Source of the DNA: an uncultured archaeon
GTDB lineage: Archaea > Nanohalarchaeota > Nanosalinia > Nanosalinales > Nanohalalkaliarchaeaceae
Assembly (NCBI GenBank): GCA_964617945.1
Contig: CAZTXA010000001.1
Coordinates: 1-60,846, forward strand
Reading direction: 5' to 3'
Length of the DNA stretch: 60,846 nucleotides
This document shows positions 27,144 to 35,539 of the stretch, piece after piece. The stretch's first letter is position 1; the number at the start of each line of letters is the position of its first letter. A program made the position numbers and the translations under genes. The notes beneath the pieces were generated by a model, which was given only the letters and a program-made list of their open reading frames with translations, was not told the DNA's origin and ran no database searches.

Positions 27144-28087
27144 TGCTACTGTTACCGGCGTTATTAGTCCTGCTGGCCGGTTGTACAGATCTTCCCGGCG
27201 GGCAGCAGACGCAAGACGAACAACCGGACGTGATACAGGTTGACCGTCCTACGTGCCAGGTCGGCGGGCAGCGCTGCTCCGCCGGCTCGGTGACCCGGTT
27301 CGCCGGCACCGGCGAGGTACGGCTCGCCCTTACAAACAACGGGGAACGCCCGATAACGGTCAACGTTGGCCAGAACGGGCGTCAGATGATGGTGTCCAAG
27401 TGTAACGATGAGCTTGTCCGGATCGGGTCCGTGACAGAAGGGTTCCGGGTGCTGATACAGGGACCGTCAGAGTACACCGAGGAGACATCGTTCAGCCCGG
27501 GAGGGACCATCGATGTGGAGGAGAACCAGCGGATGACCGCGATATGGCCGCTCACCATAGAGGCCGGACCGGACACGCTCTCCCGCCTCGGCAACTCGTG
27601 CCAGATGGACTTCGAAGTATCGTTCGACCAGACCATCGAGACCTCGCGCCAGGTACAGATAAAGCAGGACCGGGACGTCCCTGACGCCGCGAGCCTGGAC
27701 ACGACCACCACGTCCAAGCGGCCGGTCAGGCTCCGGGTCGAGGCCCCGGACTCCATCGTCCGCGCCGAGGGACGGAACCTTGTGGCGGAGGCGTTCTTTG
27801 AGAACGTGGGAGACGGCGAGATCACTGATGTCCAGCGTATCGAATACATGTCTGGCTGGGACGCCCTGTTCCAGTGTTCCCCGTCCAACAGCGATCTCAG
27901 GGTGTACGGCGAGGGCCCCCGCGAGGGACAGAGCTACCGGAAGAGCTGTTCCTTCCCGGTCGGGCCCGACGATGATGGTCCGCGGTCCACCGTGGAGTGG
28001 CTACGGTTCGAGGGAGACTACAGTTACAGGATGTCGCTCGGTACGGAAACAATCGAACTCCGGCCCGCCCCGGGGGAGGGTGGATGA
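27140..28087 (+). CDS. lipobox lipoprotein, paralogous surface family member 1
   Basis: MMLLLPALLVLLAGC-T lipobox. ATGA overlap with the upstream stop. Terminal strand WLRFEGDYSYRMSLGTETIELR. Confidence 0.65.
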   Translation: MMLLLPALLVLLAGCTDLPGGQQTQDEQPDVIQVDRPTCQVGGQRCSAGSVTRFAGTGEVRLALTNNGERPITVNVGQNGRQMMVSKCNDELVRIGSVTEGFRVLIQGPSEYTEETSFSPGGTIDVEENQRMTAIWPLTIEAGPDTLSRLGNSCQMDFEVSFDQTIETSRQVQIKQDRDVPDAASLDTTTTSKRPVRLRVEAPDSIVRAEGRNLVAEAFFENVGDGEITDVQRIEYMSGWDALFQCSPSNSDLRVYGEGPREGQSYRKSCSFPVGPDDDGPRSTVEWLRFEGDYSYRMSLGTETIELRPAPGEGG

Positions 28088-28992
28088 TGGACACGGCATC
28101 GGTGTGGAAGATGGGAGGTATGCTGCTCGTGGCCATCGCACTGGCAGGATGCACCGCGTTCCCCGGCGGGGGTTCGACATCCGACGAACCGCCGGCACGC
28201 GGACTCGTCATCCAGGAGGTGCAGCTGGAGAACAACGCCATCCCGGACGACGGGGGTACACGGCTCGTCCTCCGCGTGGCGAACACGCAGCCGGACGCGG
28301 CGGAGAACGTGAGAATCGATATCACGAATACCGGCGCGGTGCAGACAGAGCTACGGACGGAAGACAGCGATTCAAAATGCACATCGGCATTCGATAGCGA
28401 CCCGACTGATTACCCGGATATCGACGCCGCATCACAGGGCGTACCGACAGAACTCCTGTGCGTGTGGGACATCAACGGTAACGGTGCGGCGGAAGGGTCG
28501 TACCCGCTGACAGTGACGGTCGATTACACGAACACGCTCACGATGCAGCAGGAGTCGCCGAAGATAACGTTCGACCCGGACCGGCAGATCGCCGCCCCCA
28601 CGACCTCGCGGACCTACAGCAACGGCGAACTGTCGATGACCGTCAGCTACCCGCCGCGACTGCCCTCCAGCGCGAACGAGTTCGATGTTGAGACAAGCCT
28701 GTCGGACGTAGGCCCCGGCAGGGTAGTAGGACGGTCCCAGATCGGCTGTGAGGGGACATGTGCGACCATCGAGTACAGCGGGTCGCTGAAAACATCGGCA
28801 GGGTTCACCGAGTCCGGTGAACGCTGTGGTACCGCCCGGTTCCTGGAAGGTGAGAGCCAGGTAACGACCAGCTGCGAGTTCACAGGGGGAGATACAGGGG
28901 ATACGATTACGACACACAACCTCCGTGCGGACGCCAGTTACGGCTACCAGGTATCACGTGAACTCCCGTTGCAGGTCGTGGTAGACGACTAG
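28084..28992 (+). CDS. lipobox lipoprotein, paralogous surface family member 2
   Basis: Start ATG 28084 (ATGA overlap). GGMLLVAIALAGC-T lipobox. VLRVANTQPDAAENVRIDITNTG. Terminal strand LRADASYGYQVSRELPLQVVV. Confidence 0.65.
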   Translation: MMDTASVWKMGGMLLVAIALAGCTAFPGGGSTSDEPPARGLVIQEVQLENNAIPDDGGTRLVLRVANTQPDAAENVRIDITNTGAVQTELRTEDSDSKCTSAFDSDPTDYPDIDAASQGVPTELLCVWDINGNGAAEGSYPLTVTVDYTNTLTMQQESPKITFDPDRQIAAPTTSRTYSNGELSMTVSYPPRLPSSANEFDVETSLSDVGPGRVVGRSQIGCEGTCATIEYSGSLKTSAGFTESGERCGTARFLEGESQVTTSCEFTGGDTGDTITTHNLRADASYGYQVSRELPLQVVVDD

Positions 28993-29984
28993 ACGCCGAG
29001 TACAGCGCGGACGAGGTTCCGGACGCCGGGCCCCAGCCCGACCGCGAGGATGCCGAGCAGGACAAGGTTGTAGAACAGGGGGTCGTCGTCCCGGTCCGTG
29101 CCGTGCATGACTCCAAGGACTGCCAGGATGACCGCGGCCTTTGCAACCGGGAAGCTATACGGCGTCCCTGTCGCGTCCATGATGAACGCTGAGACCGGGT
29201 GCTTCTCTCCGTATCCAAGTACCGCGATGGAGAGCGCTGTCGCGCTCCCATCGATCATATGCCCGCCGAGCACTGTCCCGCCTTCCCAGGTCATAGCCGC
29301 CGACAGCCCGTCCCAGGACCGGCGCCCGTACCACGCCACCGCTACGGCTGCAGCTGTCAGCACCGCGGCCAGTCCGAGCCCCGCCGGCAGCATCCACGCC
29401 GCCGCTACTGGTTCAGCACCGGCCAATAGGAGGGTGGTGGCGGCGACGGCAACTATCCCCCCGCCGGCGATGACAGACTTGTAGTCGCTGACAACGCCAC
29501 GCCGGTCCAGTACTGCAGCGACCGCAAGCGTTACGATCACGATAGCGGCCACCGTTCCATAGATCACCGGTGATATGAAGAGATACTGTAACGGCCCTGA
29601 GAGGATGGCCGCGTCCTCCACCACGCGCACCAGCCCGCCGAAGATGATGAACGGGACGAACCAGAGGATGAATCCCCGCTCCCTGCCGAGCTCGTACCGC
29701 TGTAACACGTGGAAGAGGACGGTGATCGCGTAGATGACGATGAGCCCGTAGACGACCTCGTTGACAAGGTTGTACCCGCGCTCAGCGACAACGCCGTGGT
29801 ACGTTGCCGTCGCCTGGTTCGCCGCATCTGCCACGACCGGGCCGACAACATACTTCCAGATAACCTGGTCGTAGACGATGGAGGGAAACGCGGCGGCAGC
29901 GAGCAATACCGTCGCTAGGATAACCGTGCCGCCGAGGAGAAGTGCCTGGAGACGGGAGAGCCCGCGCATCACCGTGGTCGCCAC
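28989..29984 (-). CDS. polytopic membrane protein (DUF63-like, tentative)
   Basis: About 8 TM helices, with GGHMIDGSATALSIAVLGYGEKHPVSAFIM. GTG start 29984 (ATG 29969 is an alternative). It shares a CTAG stop with the 28084 gene. Confidence 0.55.
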   Translation of the reverse strand: MATTVMRGLSRLQALLLGGTVILATVLLAAAAFPSIVYDQVIWKYVVGPVVADAANQATATYHGVVAERGYNLVNEVVYGLIVIYAITVLFHVLQRYELGRERGFILWFVPFIIFGGLVRVVEDAAILSGPLQYLFISPVIYGTVAAIVIVTLAVAAVLDRRGVVSDYKSVIAGGGIVAVAATTLLLAGAEPVAAAWMLPAGLGLAAVLTAAAVAVAWYGRRSWDGLSAAMTWEGGTVLGGHMIDGSATALSIAVLGYGEKHPVSAFIMDATGTPYSFPVAKAAVILAVLGVMHGTDRDDDPLFYNLVLLGILAVGLGPGVRNLVRAVLGV

Positions 29985-30059
29985 TTCGCTGACATAACTT
30001 ATAAATACCCTGCAGATAATACGGCAATCAGTGCTGGACGAAGTCGTGAGGGGCTAATA

Positions 30060-30989
30060 ATGGAGAATCGTTACCTGTTTGCGCTGTCACTGGTCGCGGT
30101 CATAGCGCTGGCCGGATGCACCGCGCTGCCATCTTCTTCTGACGGCGATGATGAGCCGGAGACACGGTACCGTATCACACAGGATGACGGCCTCACACTC
30201 TCGTTCCAGTCGCTACAGAGCAGCTATTTCGAAGACGGGCAGATCGTGCTCGAGTTCACCGCCCAGAACACCGGGCAGAGCGTAGCCGAGAACGTGGAGG
30301 CGCGGCTGTACGGTGCGAGCTTTATCGCCGGGGACGAACTGGATCTTTCCCAGACCGTGCTGGACGGGGTTGACAGTGAAGCCCAGCAGGCCGGTGGTAT
30401 CGCAACGGCGACATACCAGGCTGACAACCCTGTCGACCTGAGACAGGGAGAGACCCGTTCATTCCCTGCAGGCGTCCGGGCGGCATACGACTACAACACC
30501 GACGCATCAGCCGCGTTCAGGGTTATGCCGCGTGAAGATTTCCCTGGCGGGAGCGAGCTCGTCACGACAGAGAACACGGCAGGACCGCTGAAGGCTGATA
30601 TCGAGGTCCAGTCACCGAAACCGGTCTCCCCGCCGCCGGGTGAGGACTCGGTGACAGTATCGATCCCTGTCGTGGTACAGAACGTTGCCGGTGGGAAGGT
30701 CGTGGAGGGTATCAACGGTAATCGGGGAGACGTGGATCTCACCCTTGAATTCCCGACGGCGGACTCGGAAACGGCCGAGATAACGGACTGCGGCGGTTCT
30801 GGCGGGACGTCGACCAGTTTCAGTTTCCCGCGTGGCCAGACGGAGCGGCAGGTCGTCTGCACGGCAGAGATCAGTGAGGATGTGTTCGACACCCAGCTCA
30901 CGCTGGAAGCAGACCTCGATTACACGTATTTCGAGACGACCGAGACAACGTTCCGGGTAGAAGGACTGTCCGGCGACCAGACAGGGTAA
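30060..30989 (+). CDS. lipobox lipoprotein, paralogous surface family member 3
   Basis: LVAVIALAGC-T lipobox. DGLTLSFQSL...LEFTAQNTGQSVAENVEARLYG. Terminal strand LEADLDYTYFETTETTFRVEG. Confidence 0.65.
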   Translation: MENRYLFALSLVAVIALAGCTALPSSSDGDDEPETRYRITQDDGLTLSFQSLQSSYFEDGQIVLEFTAQNTGQSVAENVEARLYGASFIAGDELDLSQTVLDGVDSEAQQAGGIATATYQADNPVDLRQGETRSFPAGVRAAYDYNTDASAAFRVMPREDFPGGSELVTTENTAGPLKADIEVQSPKPVSPPPGEDSVTVSIPVVVQNVAGGKVVEGINGNRGDVDLTLEFPTADSETAEITDCGGSGGTSTSFSFPRGQTERQVVCTAEISEDVFDTQLTLEADLDYTYFETTETTFRVEGLSGDQTG

Positions 30990-31024
30990 GATAGAAAAGC
31001 AGTCGGCACCCATCCGAGGCCACG

Positions 31025-31861
31025 ATGCGAACCCTGACCCTCCTCTTCTTCACTACACTCCTCCTTGCAGGCTGTACCAGTGCCCCTGGACAGGTGGACG
31101 GCCTGTTCGGCGGCGGTGAGGACGAGGTGCCAGAGACTGACGGGCTCTCCCTCTCCTTCGAACAGCTCGGGACCTTCGCGCTCGAGACTGAGGAGGTGAC
31201 GCTGGAACTGTCGGTGGAGAACGTGGGCCAGGCGGACGCGGAGAGCATCGAGGCGCAGGTGTTCGGCCCCTCCTGGATATCCGGCAGCCGTTCGATCGGG
31301 ACGCTGCAGGGGGTTGACCGGGCAGCCGGCCAGGCGGGAGAGAGCGCGGTGGCCGAGTGGTCGCTGAGCCCGCCGGACGTTGACACGGACACGTCGCAGG
31401 AATACGATGCAACAGCACAGGTAACGTACGTCTACGAGACGACCGCGACCATATCAGCGGCGCTGTCGCCAGAGGGCTTTACCACGTCACAGAGCACGGT
31501 GGAGGCCGGGATGACAGACGGACCGGTCCAGATGTCCACAGACCTGGAGACACCGATCCCGACGCAGGGGGAGACAAGTCATACGATCCCGCTCACCATC
31601 ACAAACGCTGGCGACGGCGTTATCAACAGCCAGGTCGACCTGACCGGGCAGCTCGTCGGTGCAACAGGAGGTATATCGCTGACAGGGTGTGATACCACCG
31701 TGTCGGTCGACGAGGAGGCGGACGTGACGTGTACACTGGAGACGCCTGAGGACGGCGTTTCAGTGGATACGACGGCGGATATCCGTATCACCGCCCGGTA
31801 CGAGTACCAGGAGGAGACATCGACAACGGTAACAGTCCGCGGCGTGCAGGGCGCAGAGTAA
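31025..31861 (+). CDS. lipobox lipoprotein, paralogous surface family member 4
   Basis: LFFTTLLLAGC-T lipobox. DGLSLSFEQL...LELSVENVGQADAESIEAQVFG. Terminal strand IRITARYEYQEETSTTVTVRG. Confidence 0.65.
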   Translation: MRTLTLLFFTTLLLAGCTSAPGQVDGLFGGGEDEVPETDGLSLSFEQLGTFALETEEVTLELSVENVGQADAESIEAQVFGPSWISGSRSIGTLQGVDRAAGQAGESAVAEWSLSPPDVDTDTSQEYDATAQVTYVYETTATISAALSPEGFTTSQSTVEAGMTDGPVQMSTDLETPIPTQGETSHTIPLTITNAGDGVINSQVDLTGQLVGATGGISLTGCDTTVSVDEEADVTCTLETPEDGVSVDTTADIRITARYEYQEETSTTVTVRGVQGAE

Positions 31862-31901
31862 CGACCAATGTTTATGTACGTATAACCCCCATACGCATCC
31901 G

Positions 31902-34232
31902 ATGCGCCGTCACTACATTGCCGGGCTGGTAGTGGTCCTCCTTCTTGCAGGGTGTACCGCGGCCCCGGACGGGGGCACCGACGGCGAGGAGTCAACACGG
32001 ACAACACCCAACGACGGGCTCACCGTCCAGTTCGAACCGGTGAAATCGACGTTCCAGGAGAACGAGGTGCTGCAGTTCCGGCTGAGTGTGGCCAACACCG
32101 GCGCGGCGGAAGCCTCCAATATCGAGGCCTCCACGTTCGGAAGCCCGTTCGTCGACGTCAGCGGCCGCTGCCCGACTCCGCTGGTCGGCGACAACGGTAT
32201 CATCCCGTCGGATATCGGTGCAGGGGAGCCGCCCGAGTCGACCGATAGCTGGCAGTGCGTACCGCCGTCAGCCGGGACAGACTATGGCGGCGATACGTCA
32301 GGTGTGAATGTGGGCCAGCAGCTTATCGACCTGTCCACGGGCGCGACCGACTCGTACGACGCAGGGCTGGAGGTCGCGTACGATTACAGTACGAACGCCA
32401 GTTCCCGGGTGACGGTGACGACGCCCAGCAGGATATCCTCTCCGAGCCCGGTCACTACCGAAAACGATGCCGGCCCGGTCAAGGCCGAGATCAACATGCA
32501 GAGCCCGCAGACGGTCAGAAGCGACGGAACGATGGACATCCCGGTGACCGTCCGTAACGTGGGCGACGGAGAGACCATCGGTGGGAGGTTCGAGGGGAAG
32601 GACGTCAAGGTCACGGTGACGTGTCCGCAGTGTTCTGGTGGTGACGGGTCGTCGCAGACGGAACGCATAAATCTTGTCGACGGCCGCCGGCAGGTCGTCG
32701 TCTCCCTGGACGGGTTCACCCTGCCGGAGGATGCTGACAACCTGGAGCGGTCGTACCCGATCGATATCTCTCTCGAATACCGGTACCGTGAACGGGTGTC
32801 CAACAGGTTCACGATCGGTGGGCAGCCGGGTGGCGTCTCTCTTGAGACGCTTGAACAGGCGCAGCTGCCGCCGGCAGATGACGGGGACGCAGTGGATGTG
32901 GACGATGGGGACGAGGGGGACGACAGGGAGGGAGAGACAGTGACGCTGACTGTGGGCCGCAACGACGATGCATCGGCAGATGCATCAGAGTACAGCGTCC
33001 TGTTGAGGAAGAACGAGGGAGAGCCTATCACGGCCACGATACGGGCAGGTACCGGTTTCAGCGACCAGTGCGACGCGCGTGCGACCCTCGACGTTGCCGG
33101 GGGGTCAGCGACGATACACCAGGATTCGCGGATGGAGGAGATTTCCGGCACCGAGGACGCCTCCGGCACTGTTGATATATCGCTCAGCGACTGGGAGTGC
33201 AGGGAGGGAGGAGAGGAGCCGTTCCAGCTCGGGTGCCTGCCACCTGACACGGCGTCGGTGGAGCTCGGCTCGTCAGAGCAGGAACGGTCTGTGACGTGTT
33301 TCAGTGGAGGGGTAACGTACGATGCGACCATCCTCTTCGGGGACAGCCCGGTCAGCGAGGCCCGTGTCAGCTATGAAGGGTCCGGTCGGAAGGTGGCGCC
33401 TGCGGAGGACCCGCCCCAGTTCAGCTTCTCGGGGGAGGAGATAGGGACGACGGTGCCGTTCACTGCGACGGAGTTAGACGGCTGCGCTGACACGTCGCTG
33501 GACGTTGTCATCGGGCGAAGCGGGGGTTCGACAGGAGTGACCTGCAGTACAGAGGCGATAAGCAGGCTGTCCGGTGACACTGTCTTCGCCGTCGATCTCG
33601 TGAGTGGGAGTGTGGCCGACCCCGATATCGGCACACAGTACTCGGTGACGGCAGAGAAGGGGACGGAGACCGTCGAGGAAGAGGGCGAGGAGCGGGAGCG
33701 GACAGTGCTCGACGTGTCGGTAAGGGACAACGAGGATCTTGGCTGTGGAACCGGGAACGGTGCGCCGCAGGTTAGAGTGAACACGCGGATAGAGTGGGAC
33801 GGAAAGCCGTGGCTGTGGGGCGGTACGCTCACCATCCCGACAGAGGAGGGCGGAGCATCGCTGGCCGATGTACGCTGCCCGGACGAACCGGCCGTCGCCT
33901 GTCTCCCCATCGACGAGGAGATAGATCCCAGCGAGATGGAAACAGGGGCTTCGAGGACGTTCACGACCACGTGTTTCGAGGGGGCTCTGCCCTATGACAC
34001 CAACGTGTTTGACGGAGGGACACAGGTGAGAGGCACGGTCGCTCTGGGAGATACAGAGAAGGAGACCGGCGTAAACAGGGGCTCCGTATTCGAGGTCGGA
34101 GGACCTGACAGCCGGTGGAGCGTGGGAGACACAGTGCTCTTCTCAGTGTCCTTCGTCGAGGACTGCGAAAACGATACCGCGGAAGTGGTTATCGGGAGCG
34201 ACGGGAACACGAAGGAACTGACCTGTGAATAA
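31902..34232 (+). CDS. large lipobox lipoprotein (776 aa), paralogous surface family member 5 with an extended C-terminal region
   Basis: MRRHYIAGLVVVLLLAGC-T lipobox. DGLTVQFEPV...FRLSVANTGAAEASNIEASTFG. IDISLEYRYRERVSNRFTIGG. An acidic linker DDGDAVDVDDGDEGDDREGE, then about 450 further aa with paired Cys. Confidence 0.65.
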   Translation: MRRHYIAGLVVVLLLAGCTAAPDGGTDGEESTRTTPNDGLTVQFEPVKSTFQENEVLQFRLSVANTGAAEASNIEASTFGSPFVDVSGRCPTPLVGDNGIIPSDIGAGEPPESTDSWQCVPPSAGTDYGGDTSGVNVGQQLIDLSTGATDSYDAGLEVAYDYSTNASSRVTVTTPSRISSPSPVTTENDAGPVKAEINMQSPQTVRSDGTMDIPVTVRNVGDGETIGGRFEGKDVKVTVTCPQCSGGDGSSQTERINLVDGRRQVVVSLDGFTLPEDADNLERSYPIDISLEYRYRERVSNRFTIGGQPGGVSLETLEQAQLPPADDGDAVDVDDGDEGDDREGETVTLTVGRNDDASADASEYSVLLRKNEGEPITATIRAGTGFSDQCDARATLDVAGGSATIHQDSRMEEISGTEDASGTVDISLSDWECREGGEEPFQLGCLPPDTASVELGSSEQERSVTCFSGGVTYDATILFGDSPVSEARVSYEGSGRKVAPAEDPPQFSFSGEEIGTTVPFTATELDGCADTSLDVVIGRSGGSTGVTCSTEAISRLSGDTVFAVDLVSGSVADPDIGTQYSVTAEKGTETVEEEGEERERTVLDVSVRDNEDLGCGTGNGAPQVRVNTRIEWDGKPWLWGGTLTIPTEEGGASLADVRCPDEPAVACLPIDEEIDPSEMETGASRTFTTTCFEGALPYDTNVFDGGTQVRGTVALGDTEKETGVNRGSVFEVGGPDSRWSVGDTVLFSVSFVEDCENDTAEVVIGSDGNTKELTCE

Positions 34233-34242
34233 CTTCTCTGGC

Positions 34243-35505
34243 TTAGAACGCGTCCAGCTGTTCCTGTACCTGTTCGTACCGGCACTCCAGCTCCGCCGCC
34301 CGGTTCTCCTCGATGCGTTCTTTCTCTCCCTCGTCGCTCGGGATAATCATCTCTCCGTACTCACCGCCTCCGCCTGGAACCATCACGATCTCGTCCTCCC
34401 GGAACGTCCGTACCGCCTCGCCGACCTCCTGGTTGACCGACTTCAGCTCCTCGATCGGTGTATCTGTTAGCATCGTGATCTCCGACGTAAACTGTTCCTG
34501 GAACCGGTCGTAGATGTCCTGCACGGTCTTGGTCGTGGGCGAGGCGTGCCCGACAACGTGCTGTATGATCTCTGCCAGTGGGAACAGGTGGACATAGTCC
34601 GGCCGGTGTCCCGGCGAGTCACCGACCGCCGTGTCGGACAGCTCCTGGATCCGGTCCCGCACACCCTGCTTGACCGTCCCGCCGCACTCCGCACAGTTCC
34701 AGCCGAACTCCTGCGCCTGCTCCATCGTGTACGGCTGGTAGCAGTCGATGCACGCGGTACAGTGGTACTTCCCTTCCCGCGGGTTGAACCCGGCGTTCAG
34801 CGTGGTGCCGCGGCCCCCGTCCCGGTCGAACGCCTTCTCGATCTCCCGGAAGGACGGTTCCTGCACCTCAAACCGTGTGAACTCGCGGCCGAGCCGGTGC
34901 GGCCACGGCGAGTGTGCGTCCGAGAAACTGGCGAACGTCAGGTCGTGGTGGGCCGTGATCGAGTCCGCCAGCGCGGTGTCTGCGGACAGCCCGAGCTCGA
35001 GGAAGGACAACACATCGGTACTGTTCCCGTAACAACCTTCCAGGGCGTCGAACTCCTTGTATATAGCAGTCCACGGAGTGAATGCGTGCGCCGGACCGAT
35101 AAGGACGCCATATCTCTCGCATATCTGGGCTATACGCTCGCCGCTGACGTCCAGCCGCGGTCGGCCCTCATCGTCGATATCGGATGAAAACCGGCTGAAA
35201 TCCTCGTATGCGTCCTCGACCGCGCCGAACGACGGGAACAGGAGGAGGTGGTGGATACGGTCCGTATCTTCGACCTCCGTGGTCAGCAGGAACGTGGTCC
35301 CGTCCTCCGCTTCGAGGATCCCGTTACCACGGTCTTCTGTCGTCTCCTGGATGTGGTCGCGCCACGCAGGGTTGAGACAGTCACCGGTGCCGACCAGGTC
35401 CAGTCCCTTGATGTCGGCCTGCTCCGCGATCACCGGGATCTCCATCCTGTCCGAGACCCCGCCGGAGTGAAGGCCGTGGAGGTGGAGGTCAGCATCGATC
35501 TCCAT
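34243..35505 (-). CDS. PHP-domain protein of the archaeal COG1379/TIGR00375 type
   Basis: MEIDADLHLHGLHSGGVS...KGLDLVGTGDCLNPAW, then a Cys cluster CTACIDC...CAECGG. Start ATG 35505 is preferred over GTG 35529. Confidence 0.75.
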   Translation of the reverse strand: MEIDADLHLHGLHSGGVSDRMEIPVIAEQADIKGLDLVGTGDCLNPAWRDHIQETTEDRGNGILEAEDGTTFLLTTEVEDTDRIHHLLLFPSFGAVEDAYEDFSRFSSDIDDEGRPRLDVSGERIAQICERYGVLIGPAHAFTPWTAIYKEFDALEGCYGNSTDVLSFLELGLSADTALADSITAHHDLTFASFSDAHSPWPHRLGREFTRFEVQEPSFREIEKAFDRDGGRGTTLNAGFNPREGKYHCTACIDCYQPYTMEQAQEFGWNCAECGGTVKQGVRDRIQELSDTAVGDSPGHRPDYVHLFPLAEIIQHVVGHASPTTKTVQDIYDRFQEQFTSEITMLTDTPIEELKSVNQEVGEAVRTFREDEIVMVPGGGGEYGEMIIPSDEGEKERIEENRAAELECRYEQVQEQLDAF

Positions 35506-35539
35506 ACTGGAGAGAACCGGGTGGAACACTTAACTTCGT

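Noticed and set aside
32384-33331. 315-aa minus-strand ORF inside the 776-aa lipoprotein gene (and similar ones at 33371-33970, 26558-27100 and 22011-22562)
   Set aside because: They are antisense to the acidic, lipobox-bearing plus-strand CDSs. Their products are S/T/P-rich and low in complexity.
21994-34232. The idea that the surface-protein block is a provirus (for example pleolipovirus-like spike and membrane proteins)
   Set aside because: There is no integrase, replication protein, capsid/ATPase or att repeats. GC content and codon usage match the flanks, and the genes are paralogous lipoproteins rather than a virus-like module.
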